This document shows, piece after piece, positions 1 through 13,027 of a DNA stretch of 64,000 bases. Each line of letters starts with the position of its first letter. The first letter of the stretch is position 1. The position numbers and the translations under genes were made by a program. The notes beneath the pieces are model-generated. The model made no database searches, was not told the DNA's origin, and saw only the letters and a list, made by a program, of their open reading frames with translations. Source of the stretch: Haliotis cracherodii (taxonomy: Eukaryota); NCBI RefSeq assembly GCF_022045235.1, contig NW_027266270.1:35650001-35714000 (forward strand). The letters are read 5' to 3'.

Positions 1-1721
1 CCAATGATTTACATTGTGAGCAACAATCCGCATCGTTGGGTACAGTGGCACGCAATTAACCAAGTCGCTGATCCCGACTACCCGATCCATTTGGCTGTCT
101 CATACGACCAGCACAGGTTGCTAGGAACCTATTATAACCAGGAACCCCCATGGGGTTCATCTAAGACAATCTCTCGCAATGAACTCAGGGCGTCCACAGC
201 ATATCAAAAACCAATTCACTTGTCCAGCAGTTTGGAAGAAGCGAGCTTTGAATTATGACATTACAATATGGCTGAAAGTAGCATGGCTAAAAATTCCTCA
301 TAACATTTTTTTATCATGAAAAAACATGTTCCAAATACAAACCAGATAAATCGTCCTTTCACTATATGGGAACATTTATTACATCAACAGGGAGCAGAAC
401 ACCTCCAAGACTAACAATGATGGATTTTAAATGCCATAAACCTTCCCTTCCATTTCATTCCCTCATACAAATCCATACATATCAGACCCGAGAAGTTGGT
501 GATATTGATCCTCTGGAAATTCTCAGAACAAAATTGACCATTTCCTTTGACAGAGAGGCAGGTTATTGTAGGATTTGCTATCATGATCAACCAAATGGCA
601 TCCCACTAGCTGGGCAAACCTTTGGCCCCAAGAACCTTGCCATAGGGAGGCTAGGCTTAGACCTTTTATAATCCCAGAAGCCTCCACTGCCATATAACCT
701 CCGCAGACCCCCAAAAGATCTTTTCCTGACTTGGAGTGTCTTGTAAATTACCTACTGATCACTGTTATCCATGCAAGATGATTTCATTACCACTTTCAGC
801 TTCTGCGTCATCTGATGTCCTTTTTTGTTTTTTTTAAACAACATTTTCTGCACTTTCAGTGGGTTTGACTTATGTGTAGTCAAGGTCATTTGTGATAAAG
901 GGCAAATAGGCCACATGGAAAAATATTAAGTAAAGAGGGTTAGAGGAATCTCTTGGAAAGTAATTTTGTACATTGTCTGCCAGAAAAGGTTTTAATATGG
1001 AAGGGTTTGTCAGACTGTGCTGCCGTAAAAGCATATATTTGGGAAAAGGTCAGAGCTATTTGGGATTGTGGATTGTGTGAAGACATTTTGGGGTTTGAGT
1101 TTCAAGGAGGAATGTTGCGCTGTTTAAAGGGTAATAAATGTGCTCTTATCACACAAAACGCATGTCTAGTTGCAGACACAGCTTATATCAATGTCCATCA
1201 AAATCTGCCAGAAACCGATCTGTTGCTGATTCAACACTTTTCATTCTTTAACCCGGCTGAGAAGATTTTGAGGCAAAAGAATAATCCTTATTACTGGGAT
1301 AACTAGAACCTGTAAAAGACCATCTTTACCATTTAGTTCCAATTGGCAATCCGAGTTCGTGCCAAAAAAACAACATTTGTGTCTACTTGAACGAACTCAG
1401 CATCATTTTCAGCAGCTTTCAGTGCTCTTGGCTGAGCTGAGCTCCGAAGACAATTTAACTAGACTCGGACTTTGGACTCATGGCTCATGTTAAGGTACAC
1501 TTCTTCAACACTTCAACAAGTAAAAGAGTGAATTTTGCAGTGTTACACTAATATTTCAGTAACCCTGTAAACAACAGAATCTGAGCTTGGCAAACCAATG
1601 GTTAAAAACATGAGCTTCAGTTCTTGCTGCCAGGGTAAGACAAGATGTGGTGAGACAGGTCCTATATTGTAACCCCTTGTTAGTCATCAGTCAGCTCTTA
1701 CAATATGCATGATTTTGTTCA

Positions 1722-1904
1722 TGTGTTTGTTGTTTAACGGCGCACTCAGCAATATTCCACCTATATGACGGTGGTCTGCAAATAATCAAGTCTGGACCAG
1801 ACAATCCAGTGATTGACATCATGAGCATCAATCCACGCAATGATGGTCGACTTTTAAGTCAAGAATGGATTGCTGAAGACGTATTCTACCCCAGATCTTC
1901 AAGG
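1722..1904 (-). mobile_element. Family D retroposon (further copies ~1-155, 2258-2460, 16640-16860, 25497-25730, 35970-36310, 37143-37378, 50040-50200, 51198-51423, 54957-55140 on -; 55558-55790 on +)
   Basis: Shared GTTGTTTAACG.CGCACTCAGCAATATTCCAGCT tail, CCAGACAATCCAGTGATTGACATCATGAGC body and TTGCTGAAGAC.TATTCTA.CC head. Confidence 0.8.
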
Positions 1905-2528
1905 CTCACAATAAGTATGAGATGCTGAGCACTAAACTGTACACAGGATAAGAGAACTTAAGATGGGGCTCACCAACAAAACACTGGGATGGGAGATCGA
2001 TGGTCCACTTGATCTATCACGGAATGGTTTATCTGTTGGGCTCCAAATGAGATACTTTTTGTAAATAGTTTGATTGTTCAGCATTAGAAATTGGCACTAG
2101 TCCCGTAGTCCTTGCCAAACTGGCCAATAGTTAAGGTATCATAAGGACCAGTAGGAATTTGCCTTTTTTAAGGGTTTTTGCTTTATGTTATCATTATAAG
2201 GACTATATAGACTAAAAATGTTAGTTTCTCCTGCTGATGTTGGTTACTTCCACACTTTGCAATATTCCAGCTGGAAGAAGGCTGTATGTAATCGTGTCTG
2301 GACCAGTCAATCCAGTGATTGACATCATGAGCATTGATCTACTCAATTGGGACACGATGACTTCCACCAAGTCAGCAAGTCTGACCACTGGTAGTCCATA
2401 AGTCGTATCTTAGTGCAAGCATAGGTTCCTGAAGACAAATTCTAACCTGGTCATCTAAGTGAGTTTGACAGATAGAAGTATACTTTATCTTGTAATCTTT
2501 ATCAGTAATCTCTAACTCTCCAGTAATC

Positions 2529-2993
2529 AACCGCCTCGGTGGTGTAGTGGCAGAGTGTCCACCCGGAAAGCGTAAGGTCTGGGGTTTGATCCCCGGCTGC
2601 ATCAAACCAAAAGATTTTAAAAGATGGTATTTGTTGTTACCCTGCCAGGTGCTCCAGTGAGGTAGTCATGTTAAACTGTGGCATAGTATCTCAGTGGGCT
2701 AGCACTATAAAATCGGCATCAGTTCAAACTAGTACAAGCAGCCCCAAATACATACATGTGCATGCATGTCACTGTATAAGTGCAATAATCTTGGATTGAC
2801 ATTAAACCAGCGTTAGAAATTGGCACTGGTCCTGTAGTCCTTGCCAAACTGCCCAATGGTTAAGGTATGATAGTAGACTAGTAGAAATTTGCCCTTTTTA
2901 AGGGATTTGCTATATGTTATCATTTTAGGGTTAGTGGACGAAAACTGTTAGTTTCAACCGCTGATTAAACCCCATTTCGCCTCACCTCACCTC
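2529..2993 (+). mobile_element. tRNA-derived SINE family B (Meta/MESC-domain-like), internally deleted, with a MITE inserted in its tail
   Basis: A box GGTGTAGTGG, B box GGTTTGATCCC, ACCAAAAGATTTTAAAAGATGGTA Meta-like core, (CCTCA)n tail; homologous to the copies at 39092 and 60192. Confidence 0.85.
2808..2963. mobile_element. 156-bp MITE (CAG..CTG ends, hAT-like) nested in a SINE; sister copies 2079-2236, 36123-36277, 51543-51643
   Basis: Termini CAGCGTTAGAAA / TTTCAACCGCTG; target duplication ATTAAAC at 2801-2807 and 2964-2970. Confidence 0.85.
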
Positions 2994-3097
2994 AAGTAGT
3001 CCAGTAGACTGACCTACAATGACACTGTCCACCATATGATGTCATCAGCCCTGTGCAGAACATGGTATTTAGCATTATAAATGGAGAGTTGTCTCAC

Positions 3098-3227
3098 CTT
3101 GAGTTTCTGATAGATGACAGATGTAGTGATGGTGGAGTTGATCCTCCTCATCAGCTTCACCACCTCCGTCTCCTCCAGCAGCCCTGACTGACCCGAGTCC
3201 GCTGTCTCAAACAGCTCCAGCAACCAT
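3098..3227 (-). CDS. PLCL: PLCL exon, first EF-hand region
   Basis: (T)WLLELFETADSGQSGLLEETEVVKLMRRINSTITTSVIYQKLK, the PLC W...F..AD EF-hand pattern. 130 nt (1 nt + 43 codons); preceded by TTCCTTAACATGTGTAC, donor AAG|GTGAGA. Confidence 0.92.
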
Positions 3228-5550
3228 GTACACATGTTAAGGAAATGTACACACTTTCAAAACAACAACTTCACCGGCATCATGGCTGCTGCATGTGACA
3301 TCAGAACAGCAAAAGGCACCATTCAACACCTGCATGAGGATACACAAGTGCTGTGACATCTAAACATCTCAACTCATTGCCCTGTAAACTTAAGAAAAAC
3401 AATCCTGAATAGCAGGAGGCACCAGTTCAGTGCATACTGATATGTATACAAAGTTTCATGAAGAAATATTGATGGACCAACGGACGATAATTCAGAAAGA
3501 GGCTTGCACAACTACTTCAATCCAACTCAAGGACCGGACATAGAACTATAGTTGAAAGTGTGACAAAACGCATACATCAGTGAGTAAGTTCTGTTTAATG
3601 CCACTTTGAACAATAGGTCAGCTGAATGTGGGAGAAAAACTTGAAGGGAGGCAGGTCTTAGAATTTTCCCACTTGATGAAACCCATGAGCATGTATATGG
3701 TGCTGACAAACCCAGAACCATAATCAGGGTGAACAGGGATCCGGGCACATGATGACTGGCCTAGGTTTCAGGCTAGCATAAGGGATGCAACTCATGTGTC
3801 ATCTTAGACAACCCGCTAAATCAACTCATACATTGTAATGGCAATTAACGGTCCTATCAAATTTCCAAACTTGCTTCTACAATCAGTGGGGCTAAATCAA
3901 AATTCGAGCTTATTTAGCAGTCGAAAAAGTCATATCATTCAATACCTGTTTCTCAGCTTTTTTTCATTTGGACATGGATTTCTCAGATAATTTATCACCT
4001 AACTGCTTTTTTGAAACATGGCTTCATTTGAAAGAAAATCCTACAGCTGTGACCTGTCTGCAGATTCATTCTCTTTTAATCATTTTTGTCCCTTCCAAAT
4101 CGCCCGTCTGATCACGAAGTGCTATTTCCAGTCCTTGAAGTATATGCTCAGATCTATCTTGTTTGTTCAGCGCCACCTGAAACTAACCGATATGTACAAA
4201 TATCTTTCCAGTGATTCTGCCCGAGACCAGCACTGAATTATCTTGGTGATAGGCGTATTTTGGTAGCCCTTCTATTCTACACTGATGGAGTATAGATTAC
4301 GTCTCAAAACATCAAGCCTGCCATATCAAAATAACATCACATCCTTCAATGGAAATCTTTTTGTCATCTTGAGGCCTTGATCATGACCCAGGATCAAACA
4401 ATAAAGAAGTATTGTTAATATACTCGCATTACATCCTCAAGCTAACAATGGTGTCCCTAACGGAATCCTGGCAGACGTAAATATACCTTTGTTCATGATA
4501 ATACTAGCAGCTTGTCAAATCTAATCAAGAATTTAAAGTCCAAACCGTTGTGGCTATTTTGACATGGCATCAATGCCTGTTTTCTTTGGATACTTAAGAC
4601 CTGGCGCTCAATAAGCGCAGCTTCGTCTTTGCCCAATGTTATCAAGCCATGATGAAATATATTGTGACTGCCAAATCTATTTTTCCTTCAGCTGGTAGAG
4701 GCCCTAATCTAAGGGAGTCAATACTGCAATAACAGCTGTGATGAAGTAGGGCAAATCTCTCCTGTATAGAATAAGGATGGGAGTCACTAGAGGCCGGTGG
4801 AATGATGCTGCCCTCAACAGGAAGTGACAAACAGAGTTGTGCCCCTTGTTTGATGGCCAACTGCACTACCAGTGCATGTCTGCATAAAATCGGGGTCATG
4901 TCCCATCAGCAACTTAATGATGCCAAGAGGCTATAATCAAAAAGACATAACTTGTCTGGACATACTGTGGGTTGTGTTGCTGATAGGTTTCAGGGTGAAG
5001 TGGTAAGAGATTCTCACAAATGGGGGGAAGGTTCTGTCAGTGGGTAGATTCTGCAAAGGGGTCAGGTTATGGTAATGCCTAGATTCTATTAATGGGGTAG
5101 GTTCTGGTAATGGCTAGATTCTGATAATGAGGAAGGTTCTGGTAATGGCTAGATTCTGATAATGGGTAGGTTATGGTAATTGGTAGATTCTGGTAATGGG
5201 GTAGATTCTGATAATGTAACATTTGATTGCAGTAATTCTGAACAAGTTCTCTTTAGTTCAATTTGGCTACAAATTGGAACTCAATATAACTGACAAAAAC
5301 GTCGTAAACATTTTGTCTTGACAAGCTACAAACACTAAGAACTAGTGAAATCAGGTGTACAGTTATATTTAGTACTCTGGACTAGTCTTAGAAAATATGA
5401 ATCTCGAAGCCAGAAAAATATTGTTGCAGTTCACAATACAGACATGTTAACAGCTGTCTACTGTACCCCGATACACTGGAAATACCTTCTGACATGAGAC
5501 AAACCTGTGTGTCAACAGCCATAGAAGAGTCTGCAGCTTAAAAAGGATAT
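3228..5550 (-). other. U12-type (minor spliceosome) AT-AC intron, 2323 nt, phase 2
   Basis: 5' end ATATCCTTTT (5550-5541); branch point TTCCTTAAC (3244-3236) about 10 nt before the terminal AC (3229-3228). Removing it gives AC|A TGG = Thr-Trp in frame. Confidence 0.93.
5040..5216. repeat. Imperfect ~20-bp tandem repeat (GGTAGATTCTGRTAATGG)
   Basis: About 8 degenerate units, inside the U12 intron. Confidence 0.75.
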
Positions 5551-5590
5551 GTATCTCTCATCTGTTGGAGGTCTTCGATAGCATTGGGAG
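5551..5590 (-). CDS. PLCL: PLCL 40-nt micro-exon (PH to EF-hand linker), absent from the ORF track
   Basis: Acceptor TTTGTGTTGCAG, then (T)CT CCC AAT GCT ATC GAA GAC CTC CAA CAG ATG AGA GAT AC = SPNAIEDLQQMRD(T), then U12 donor ATATCCTTTT. Bridges phase 1 to phase 2 exactly and gives MRDTW, matching PLCL-type MR..W. Confidence 0.9.
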
Positions 5591-6961
5591 CTGCAACACA
5601 AAGCAGAATACTGACATAAACATTCTGTACAATACTGGTACAAACCTCTAAACCAATACAAATGTTATCAACAGTGTTTCATGCTACAGTCGGCTATATT
5701 CCAGCTATACCACACTGACCTATACACAAGCAAACCAGTGGTTGACAGTATAAGTACCCAAGACTGTTGCCAGTGGATATTGGTTCACCCACACCCTGTA
5801 CACTGCATGTTTGGTTACAAATTCAATTTAAAACAGTTAATCTTCAGGTAACCTAGCTCTACATAGTAAACACAGTACATCTCCTAAGCTTGTTACACCT
5901 ATATTCCAAAATTTAACAGCAGAAACAAGAATGAGAAAATGTGTCCTTGTCAAATTTCAAATTTGCTTACATCACAAAAATTGGTGAAAAATAAGGGAAC
6001 ACACACAAACAATCTTCCATTTCCCCTGTGCTAAGATTGTGCTCTCAGTGTTTCCAGACGAGCATCTCCAAAGAGAGCTCACTGTTTCCGACACAGAAGA
6101 AGATAGATGGGATTCAAACCAGGATGAGGATTTTCTAATGGTGACAACAAATCATTCTATTTCCAGAATGTCCTTCCTTGGAGGCCAAATGGCTAATGCC
6201 AGAGTTTGGAAACCATTATAACGAGTCGTGTAAACAGTGTGTAGCTCAGCTCATGGACTAATGAGCACCAGAAAGGAAAAGCTCATTCACCTGCCACGAC
6301 ATCACATTTATCATGCCTATTTCAAGGTAAGGCACAACTATAAAGTTCAACCTAAATCCTCCCGGGATCACCTCAATCGAGTTTGAAAAGTACATGAAAC
6401 AGAGGGGAAAAAATTGACAACACCATAAAGACTATTTTTCTTCAGATGGCATCTATTTTGCGTTTTCCAAGATTAAGACAAACTATACTATACATCCAAC
6501 ATCATCTGTAACAATGTGGGTTGTACTTCTTTCAAAAAACATCTATTGACAAAGGGAGGCAACTCTGCATGGGGAATTCTGGCTCCTTTGAACATTTGGC
6601 CATTTGTTGGTGTGTTTGCTTGTTGTTGAAAGCTCTCAATGCTACTGTCAGACCAATTCGACAAAGTGTGTCACTAGCCCTGCATCATCAGTCGAACCCA
6701 TTCTATAGGCACATAGCATAAGGACACCCCAAATAAAACTTGCAATAACTGTTCACTAACTAGGTTTCATGCATCATGTAAATTATGTATGATATGTATA
6801 AACATTCAGCTTTCCAAACATCATGAGTTTATTTACCTCTAAAAGAAATTACTGCATAGGACAAACATCAGATCCAATTGAATGAGTATCTTAAATTTAT
6901 GCACGAATTATACCCAAGTCAGAAAGTTGCATGGTTAGACGCAGCTAACATGAAAAAAAAG

Positions 6962-7622
6962 CCTGCACCCCTACTCTGAATCACAAGTGAACAGGTTACA
7001 TGTGCACACCCTGCACCCCTACTCTGGATCTGCAAGTGAACAGGTTACATGTGCACACCCTGCACCCCTGCTCTGGATCACAAGTGAACAGGTTACATGT
7101 GCACACCCTGCACCCCTACTCTGAATCACAAATGAACAGGTTACATGTGCACACCCTGCACCCCTACTCTGGATCACAAGTGAACAGGTTACATGTGCAC
7201 ACCCTGCACCCCTACTCTGAATCACAAATGAACAGGTTACATGTGCACACCCTGCACCCCTACTCTGAATCACAAATGAACAGGTTACATGTGCACACCC
7301 TGCACCCCTACTCTGAATCACAAGTGAACAGGTTACATGTGCACACACCCTGCACCCCTACTCTGGATCCGCCAGTGAACAGGTTACATGTGCACACCCT
7401 GCACCCCTGCTCTGGATCACAAGTGAACAGGTTACATGTGCACACCCTGCACCCCTACTCTGGATCACAAATGAACAGGTTACATGTGCACGCCCTGCAC
7501 CCCTACTCTGAATCACAAATGAACAGGTTACATGTGCACACCCTGCACCCCTACTCTGGATCTGCAAGTGAACAGGTTACATATGCACACCCTGCACCCC
7601 TACTCTGAATCACAAGTGAACA
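6962..7622. repeat. 48-bp minisatellite, ~14 copies
   Basis: Unit CAAGTGAACAGGTTACATGTGCACACCCTGCACCCCTACTCTGRATCA. Confidence 0.97.
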
Positions 7623-8175
7623 TGTGTGGACCAAGAACAGAGGTGAAGCAAACTGCTCTTGGTTTGATTCTTTTCATGTGTACAATGTGGGAAACCCATT
7701 CCTGGCTTTCCCACACCGGAATACTGCCAAATCACAAGGCCAAGCCCGACAGACCAGTCAAAATCTGCCACTATCCCTTCACAACCAATAAATTCCACAG
7801 CAAAATGAAATTTCCACCACAACCAACTAACCCATCATTTGTCTGGGGCACATCAAATCTTTTAAGTGTATTCATGAAGACATGTTCAGCTCCAAATACT
7901 TGCTATTGAAAATCTTTATTACATCCCTGGCCAATAATTAAACGAATGCAGTGTATGCCATCCCTCACCGCCATCATGAATACTAGAGTGTCCTATTTTT
8001 ATGCAGAACCAATATTGGTATTGATGTAATTCCAATCAACCACTTTCCAATTTTCCCCGACAGGGTTCCACAAACTTAAGTCTATAAGTTGCTGAAGAGC
8101 ACTTGGCAAACTCATTTTCTGCAAGACTTCAAGTTAACTAAGCTTAATGGTGGCTGTACCATGACACAAACTTAC

Positions 8176-8394
8176 AGGTCTGAGATTTGGAACTGGCATT
8201 AATGAGACAGGTAAGACCAGTAACCCATATATTCGCCTCATCCGGCGTATTGGCGATCAGATCCATCGACTCGAACTCCTCTCCAAAGATTATGGAAAAA
8301 GCGCATTCGTCGGGGTAAATCCCTGCAATTTCCTTGTTCCGAAGAGCATCTGTGGTTTTTCCTTGCCGGACCTCTTTGACTGATCGAACCGCAA
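8176..8394 (-). CDS. PLCL: PLCL exon, C-terminal half of PH domain
   Basis: (I)AVRSVKEVRQGKTTDALRNKEIAGIYPDECAFSIIFGEEFESMDLIANTPDEANIWVTGLTCLINASSKSQT, with PLC PH motifs KEVR.GK.T, CAFSII.G and LDL.A......NIWVTGL. Acceptor TTACAG, donor GTAAGT; 219 nt. Split codon A|TT=Ile joins the previous exon in frame. Confidence 0.95.
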
Positions 8395-9043
8395 CTGTAA
8401 CGACAAATGGTTGAGATTGGTTAGAGTAATTACATGGGATGGTGTCAAATGACAGCAACAGGTTGTCAGAGAGCCACCTGGAGGGAAATTATGTCACAAT
8501 GGTTATGTCCAAGATTGTGGTTTAATCAATCTTATTGAATTGTCTGACAGGTATCTGTTGCAGATCTGTGTCAAAGAAACATCACAAAAGGATTCACTGA
8601 TAAACATGGATGCAGGTGGTAATGTAATTATTCCATGTCACCATACAATGCTGACAAGAATGTTGGAGAATGTTATTAGAATCTTGCCAGGACAATAACA
8701 GTTTTGGGGAAGTTTTATGAGCAAGATATTGATTGATATTTTACTTGGTCATGGTGTGTTATTGAGCAGTTCATGAAAGTCCCCAGGTCCTTGTGGGCTG
8801 CCTATATTCAAATTGCATAAGACAAGGGGCCGGTCATTTATTATAGAGGGGGTGGGGGTTTTGGGGGTGTTGGGGTGGAGGGTCAAGGTCAGAGGGAATC
8901 AGATTGAATCAAGGGAGGATGTTCAGATGTTGGATGTTTTCCATGACACAAACAGATAATCTGTTCAAAACAACTCAATCCCTATAAATCTGTTCATCGT
9001 CTTCAGTGCTTGAAATTTAACATGATTGTCAAGGGGTCATCGA

Positions 9044-10416
9044 CAAGTGAGTAACGATACACCAATATTCCAATGCATCGCGATATTTAACCGACCATAC
9101 GATACACATGGGCCTATATATCAATACGGAATCTTAAGAACAGTGTTCACTCACTATTGCACCCCTCAATATATTGTTAACCCAGTTATAGCATGAGGTA
9201 ACGCATGGCTCCCAAAACTTACTTACATTTTTAATAAGGCTTAGTTTCCTGCTAAGTGAATGAGAAAATATGCAAAGTAATCGTAATCTCTGCACATTAA
9301 ACAATACCTTGGAGAACTTGGTTAAAGGGCAAGTTCACACGGAAATGAACCATTTTTTCTTGTACTTTTTCCACATTAAAAGTGTTAACATAGAAGTGTC
9401 ATAGACAAAAATATAAAAACATCATATTTAATTAACATATTTTTGGCACTAAAACGATTCATATTTTTCACATTTACCAAGTGTTCTATTTCCATAACAA
9501 AAACACCATGGCTTATGCCCCTTGCAATATGACGTCATTGGTGCCAATTGATAAACATTATGACGTCATCATGCTTTGTTAGAGCCGCTTCACGTGGGGT
9601 AGGTACAGTTTTGTGATTCTAGCATCTCAGATGCCAGCCAGAATTGTGTTATGCTGAGACACCACTGCGCCGGAGTGTGTCGTAGACCATGTTGTTTTAC
9701 CGCAAACTGGTCCTTGATATCTTTTGCGTTGAGAATAGACAGGGACCCAGTTGAATTGGCACCAATTACGTCATAATCTAAGGGGGATAACTCAGGCCTA
9801 TTTCGCTCGTAAAACGAAGGCCTCATAACGGCATATCACTTTCACACTATTGTGAGCTTCCTACTTTCACTGTGAAAAAAAATGAGTGTATATTTTCAAA
9901 CACAGATACTAACTAATTCTAAAATTGCGTTTTGTTTAGAAAAAGAAAGAAAGCGATTTTTGCGTGTACACTTCCCCTTTAAGATACAACAGCAAGAGAC
10001 ACTGTCAGTGCCGAAGGGCATCATTGTCCCTTGACAATGTAGACATTTTAATTTTTCTGAAAAAGAACCCTGAACTTGAACTATTCAGACTGTGAAGTAC
10101 ATTGATTATTTTCTGGTGTTTGAACTTTGAAGTTTTCTGTTGTTTTGAAATTTACAGCATTTGAAGGAAAGTTAGAGAAAGTTCCATTTTGAAGCAAAAC
10201 AACTTTAGTAGTCTTGTTATTATAAAAGAATTTTGACTGTACCAAAATCATGAAAGGTCCAATCGTGACATGCTTGAAGCCTTGAAACTTATTAAAAGCT
10301 GGAGCACTGTTATCTGTCTTTTATGTATTGTTGCGTAACGTGATATGTATCGTAATGTGACCAAACTATCGAGCAACGTATCATATCATGACCTTCCTGT
10401 ATCATTGCAGCCCTTG
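9044..10416. mobile_element. Non-autonomous hAT-like DNA transposon with subterminal CGATAC repeats
   Basis: Left CAAGTGAGTAACGATAC, right GTATCATTGCAGCCCTTG; flanking direct repeat GTCATCGAC / GTCATTGAC. Confidence 0.65.
9326..9978. mobile_element. Kolobok-like non-autonomous element in a TTAA target, nested in the hAT-like element
   Basis: TTAA|AGGGCAAGTTCACACGGAAA ... TTTGCGTGTACACTTCCCCT|TTAA; TIRs match at 16 of 20 positions. Confidence 0.78.
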
Positions 10417-11167
10417 TCATTGACATAAACTGAGTGTTTAAAGCTACAAGGGGTGACTCAGTTAAAATTGTATCGTACAACTTCAAGGACATTCTCAATA
10501 ACTCCTTTAACCCCTGCCTTCAGCTATACTTGTCACCAAGCAAATAATTACTGATTCCTCATCAGATTGTAACACAAACTGTTATCCTCCCACTAATATT
10601 AACCTAAATTAAATTACTGCCCATACACGTTCATTCCACAACCTAATCACTCATACCTCTGATAAAAATACAGCAACTAAAAAACTGTCTGACTTCAATA
10701 CCTCTATTCATATGAAAACCTAACATACTTTATTACAATCCACAATAATAACTAAAATATTAGCCAATCATAATCTTCATCACATATATCCTATGGCACA
10801 GCAACCAATCAGTGGTGAGCATCTTCAATGAAGCAACCCTTTTCTTGTCACTTTCAGGTGTAATTTTCAAAGACAGTGATCTGTCCTCAAGTTCAACACA
10901 CTGCCACACCGAGACACTCCAAGTTTCAACACAGTTGCTGCTAACATGTGACAACTTCTGGACCCTTGGGTAATCAGTGTTCTGGGAGAGTCTTGCACAA
11001 ATTTCACTGGCCTTGATGGACACAGCACTTGTGTACTTCCCACCAAAAGAGATGCACACTTCCTGGATCTAATGGCAAGGAAAGGTCAAACACTCAGCAT
11101 GGAGGCTTTGAGTATTTGCTGAACAGTTATCAGTAAGAAAAGCTGAAACATCAAGGATGTAAGGTGG

Positions 11168-11364
11168 CAGTGTTTGAAATATAAAAAATTGTCTGATTGC
11201 CTTCAGGACATGCATACTTTAGAAGCTGCAGGCCTTGACCAAACTCTTCGGGCCCTCATTTGACATGTAAATTTACTGCAGGTGATAAGGACCCATACAA
11301 ATTTGAAATTATGGGTCTGCCACAAAATCTGCCTGCCACGAACAGGTGCTTATTTCAAAGACAG
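11168..11364. mobile_element. hAT-like MITE
   Basis: CAGTGTTTGAAATA ... TATTTCAAAGACAG; flanks TAAGGTGG / TCTGGTGG. Confidence 0.55.
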
Positions 11365-13027
11365 TCTGGTGGGTCACCTCCATTGATTTTATTCAGGAAT
11401 AGTATGTGAATAACTGTGAATGAGTGACGGAACCACGGCGTGAGTGAGGGCAGTAGGACACAATGGAGTGAGTGAGGGAAAAAAGAAGAGAGAGGGGGCA
11501 GGAACACAGTGAACGTGTCAACAGTATATTTTGTTATCAAAGCTGGACCTAGCCATGCAGCACATATCAGGGTGACTGAAGTCTTAACTGACCACACCAT
11601 CAGGTACCCGACTCAGCACCCGAAGTCATAGAGAGCTGCACCATCTTGTTATCCAACACTGTACCGAAATCATTAAGCACTACACTATCAGGATTCCCAA
11701 TGAGCACTAGATCATAAGGGTAGCCAACTCAGTAACAAAAGCCACAAAGCACTACATCTTGTGAGTACTCAGATCACCAGGGCACTGAGACCCTCCACAT
11801 CAGGGTACAAGTCATAGGGCACAACACCATCAGGGAAAGATCACACCACCATGTCCCTAATGACAGTCGGTCTTCCAATAGTGATGGCCCATGAAAATAC
11901 CAAGCCACTCTGTATTGACCGTATAATTCCCACTATGGTCACCTCTTAGAGCAAGCATGGCCAGAGCATTGACCATCGATTCAGCATAGAGGCCCACAAT
12001 TTATTTGCTAACATGTATCCCAATCTAGCACAAGATACCTTAGCAACCATCAGTGCAGAATCACAATTCACGTCACCAGCACAAATGCAGGTATGTAAAA
12101 CAGAAACTAACTTCATTACCATGGCGACTAGAACCAGGGAGCTCAAGCGTAGTTAACACAATTTCCCTTCTTGGAAGAACCAAAACTGCCCCCGTTTCAA
12201 GTGAGACATGAAATATAGTAAATATTTGGATTGTCAGCCCTGACATGATTCAATTCCTCATTGTCACTCTGTTCAGCCGATCACAGGTCATTACCATCCT
12301 GCCCTTTATTAGTGTATTAGTGTCTGCAGAATGTTATAAAGAGACAAGCGGTTGTCACTATAGATCAATGGCAACATGATGACATTGTGCTGAATACCAT
12401 CACGATGGAGGCCGTTTTCTACATGATTACATACACACTCAAGTCAATAACATTACGAAGTCAACCAATATTCATCCATCTATAAATGGCAGACCTATCA
12501 ATTACATCCAAAATGAAATTCTGGACTGGCTCAATTCGTAAGCCTCTTCCACATTCAGCACCATGACAGCTGCCCCAGTGACTCTCGCCTTCCAATATTC
12601 ATAGAACAGGCTACGATGGTGACAAAAATACAAGTTGAGTATTAACAGATCTATTAGATGGATGACCTGGTATCTGAGCCCAGAGGAACCGCTGGACAGC
12701 ATTATTAATCAGCTGCAGACCTCCTCTCTGTAACTCTCTGGGGCTGGGAGTTGAGGGAGGGCAGCAAGTCTGACTTCATGGTAGTCATGAGGACCAGATC
12801 TGGGAGAAATCTGGGGGAAAAGGTCTGGTGTGGGTGTGACACCTTTCAAGTGATGGGGCTGGGGATTGGAAATGACACTCCATTTTCTGTCAAAATCCAG
12901 GTCAGTTGGTGCAGAGGGATTCAGCTTGTGAGAGGACTTTGGTTGATGGAGCAGGAAAGTTTTGTAAGAAGATGGATCTTAGTTTGACTGATTGGACTGT
13001 GAAATGATGAATCTTGGTTTGTGAGGT

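Noticed and set aside
3014-3235. ORF-track start MCTW for the EF-hand exon
   Set aside because: The ATG lies inside the U12 intron, between the branch point and the AC acceptor; it is not a start codon.
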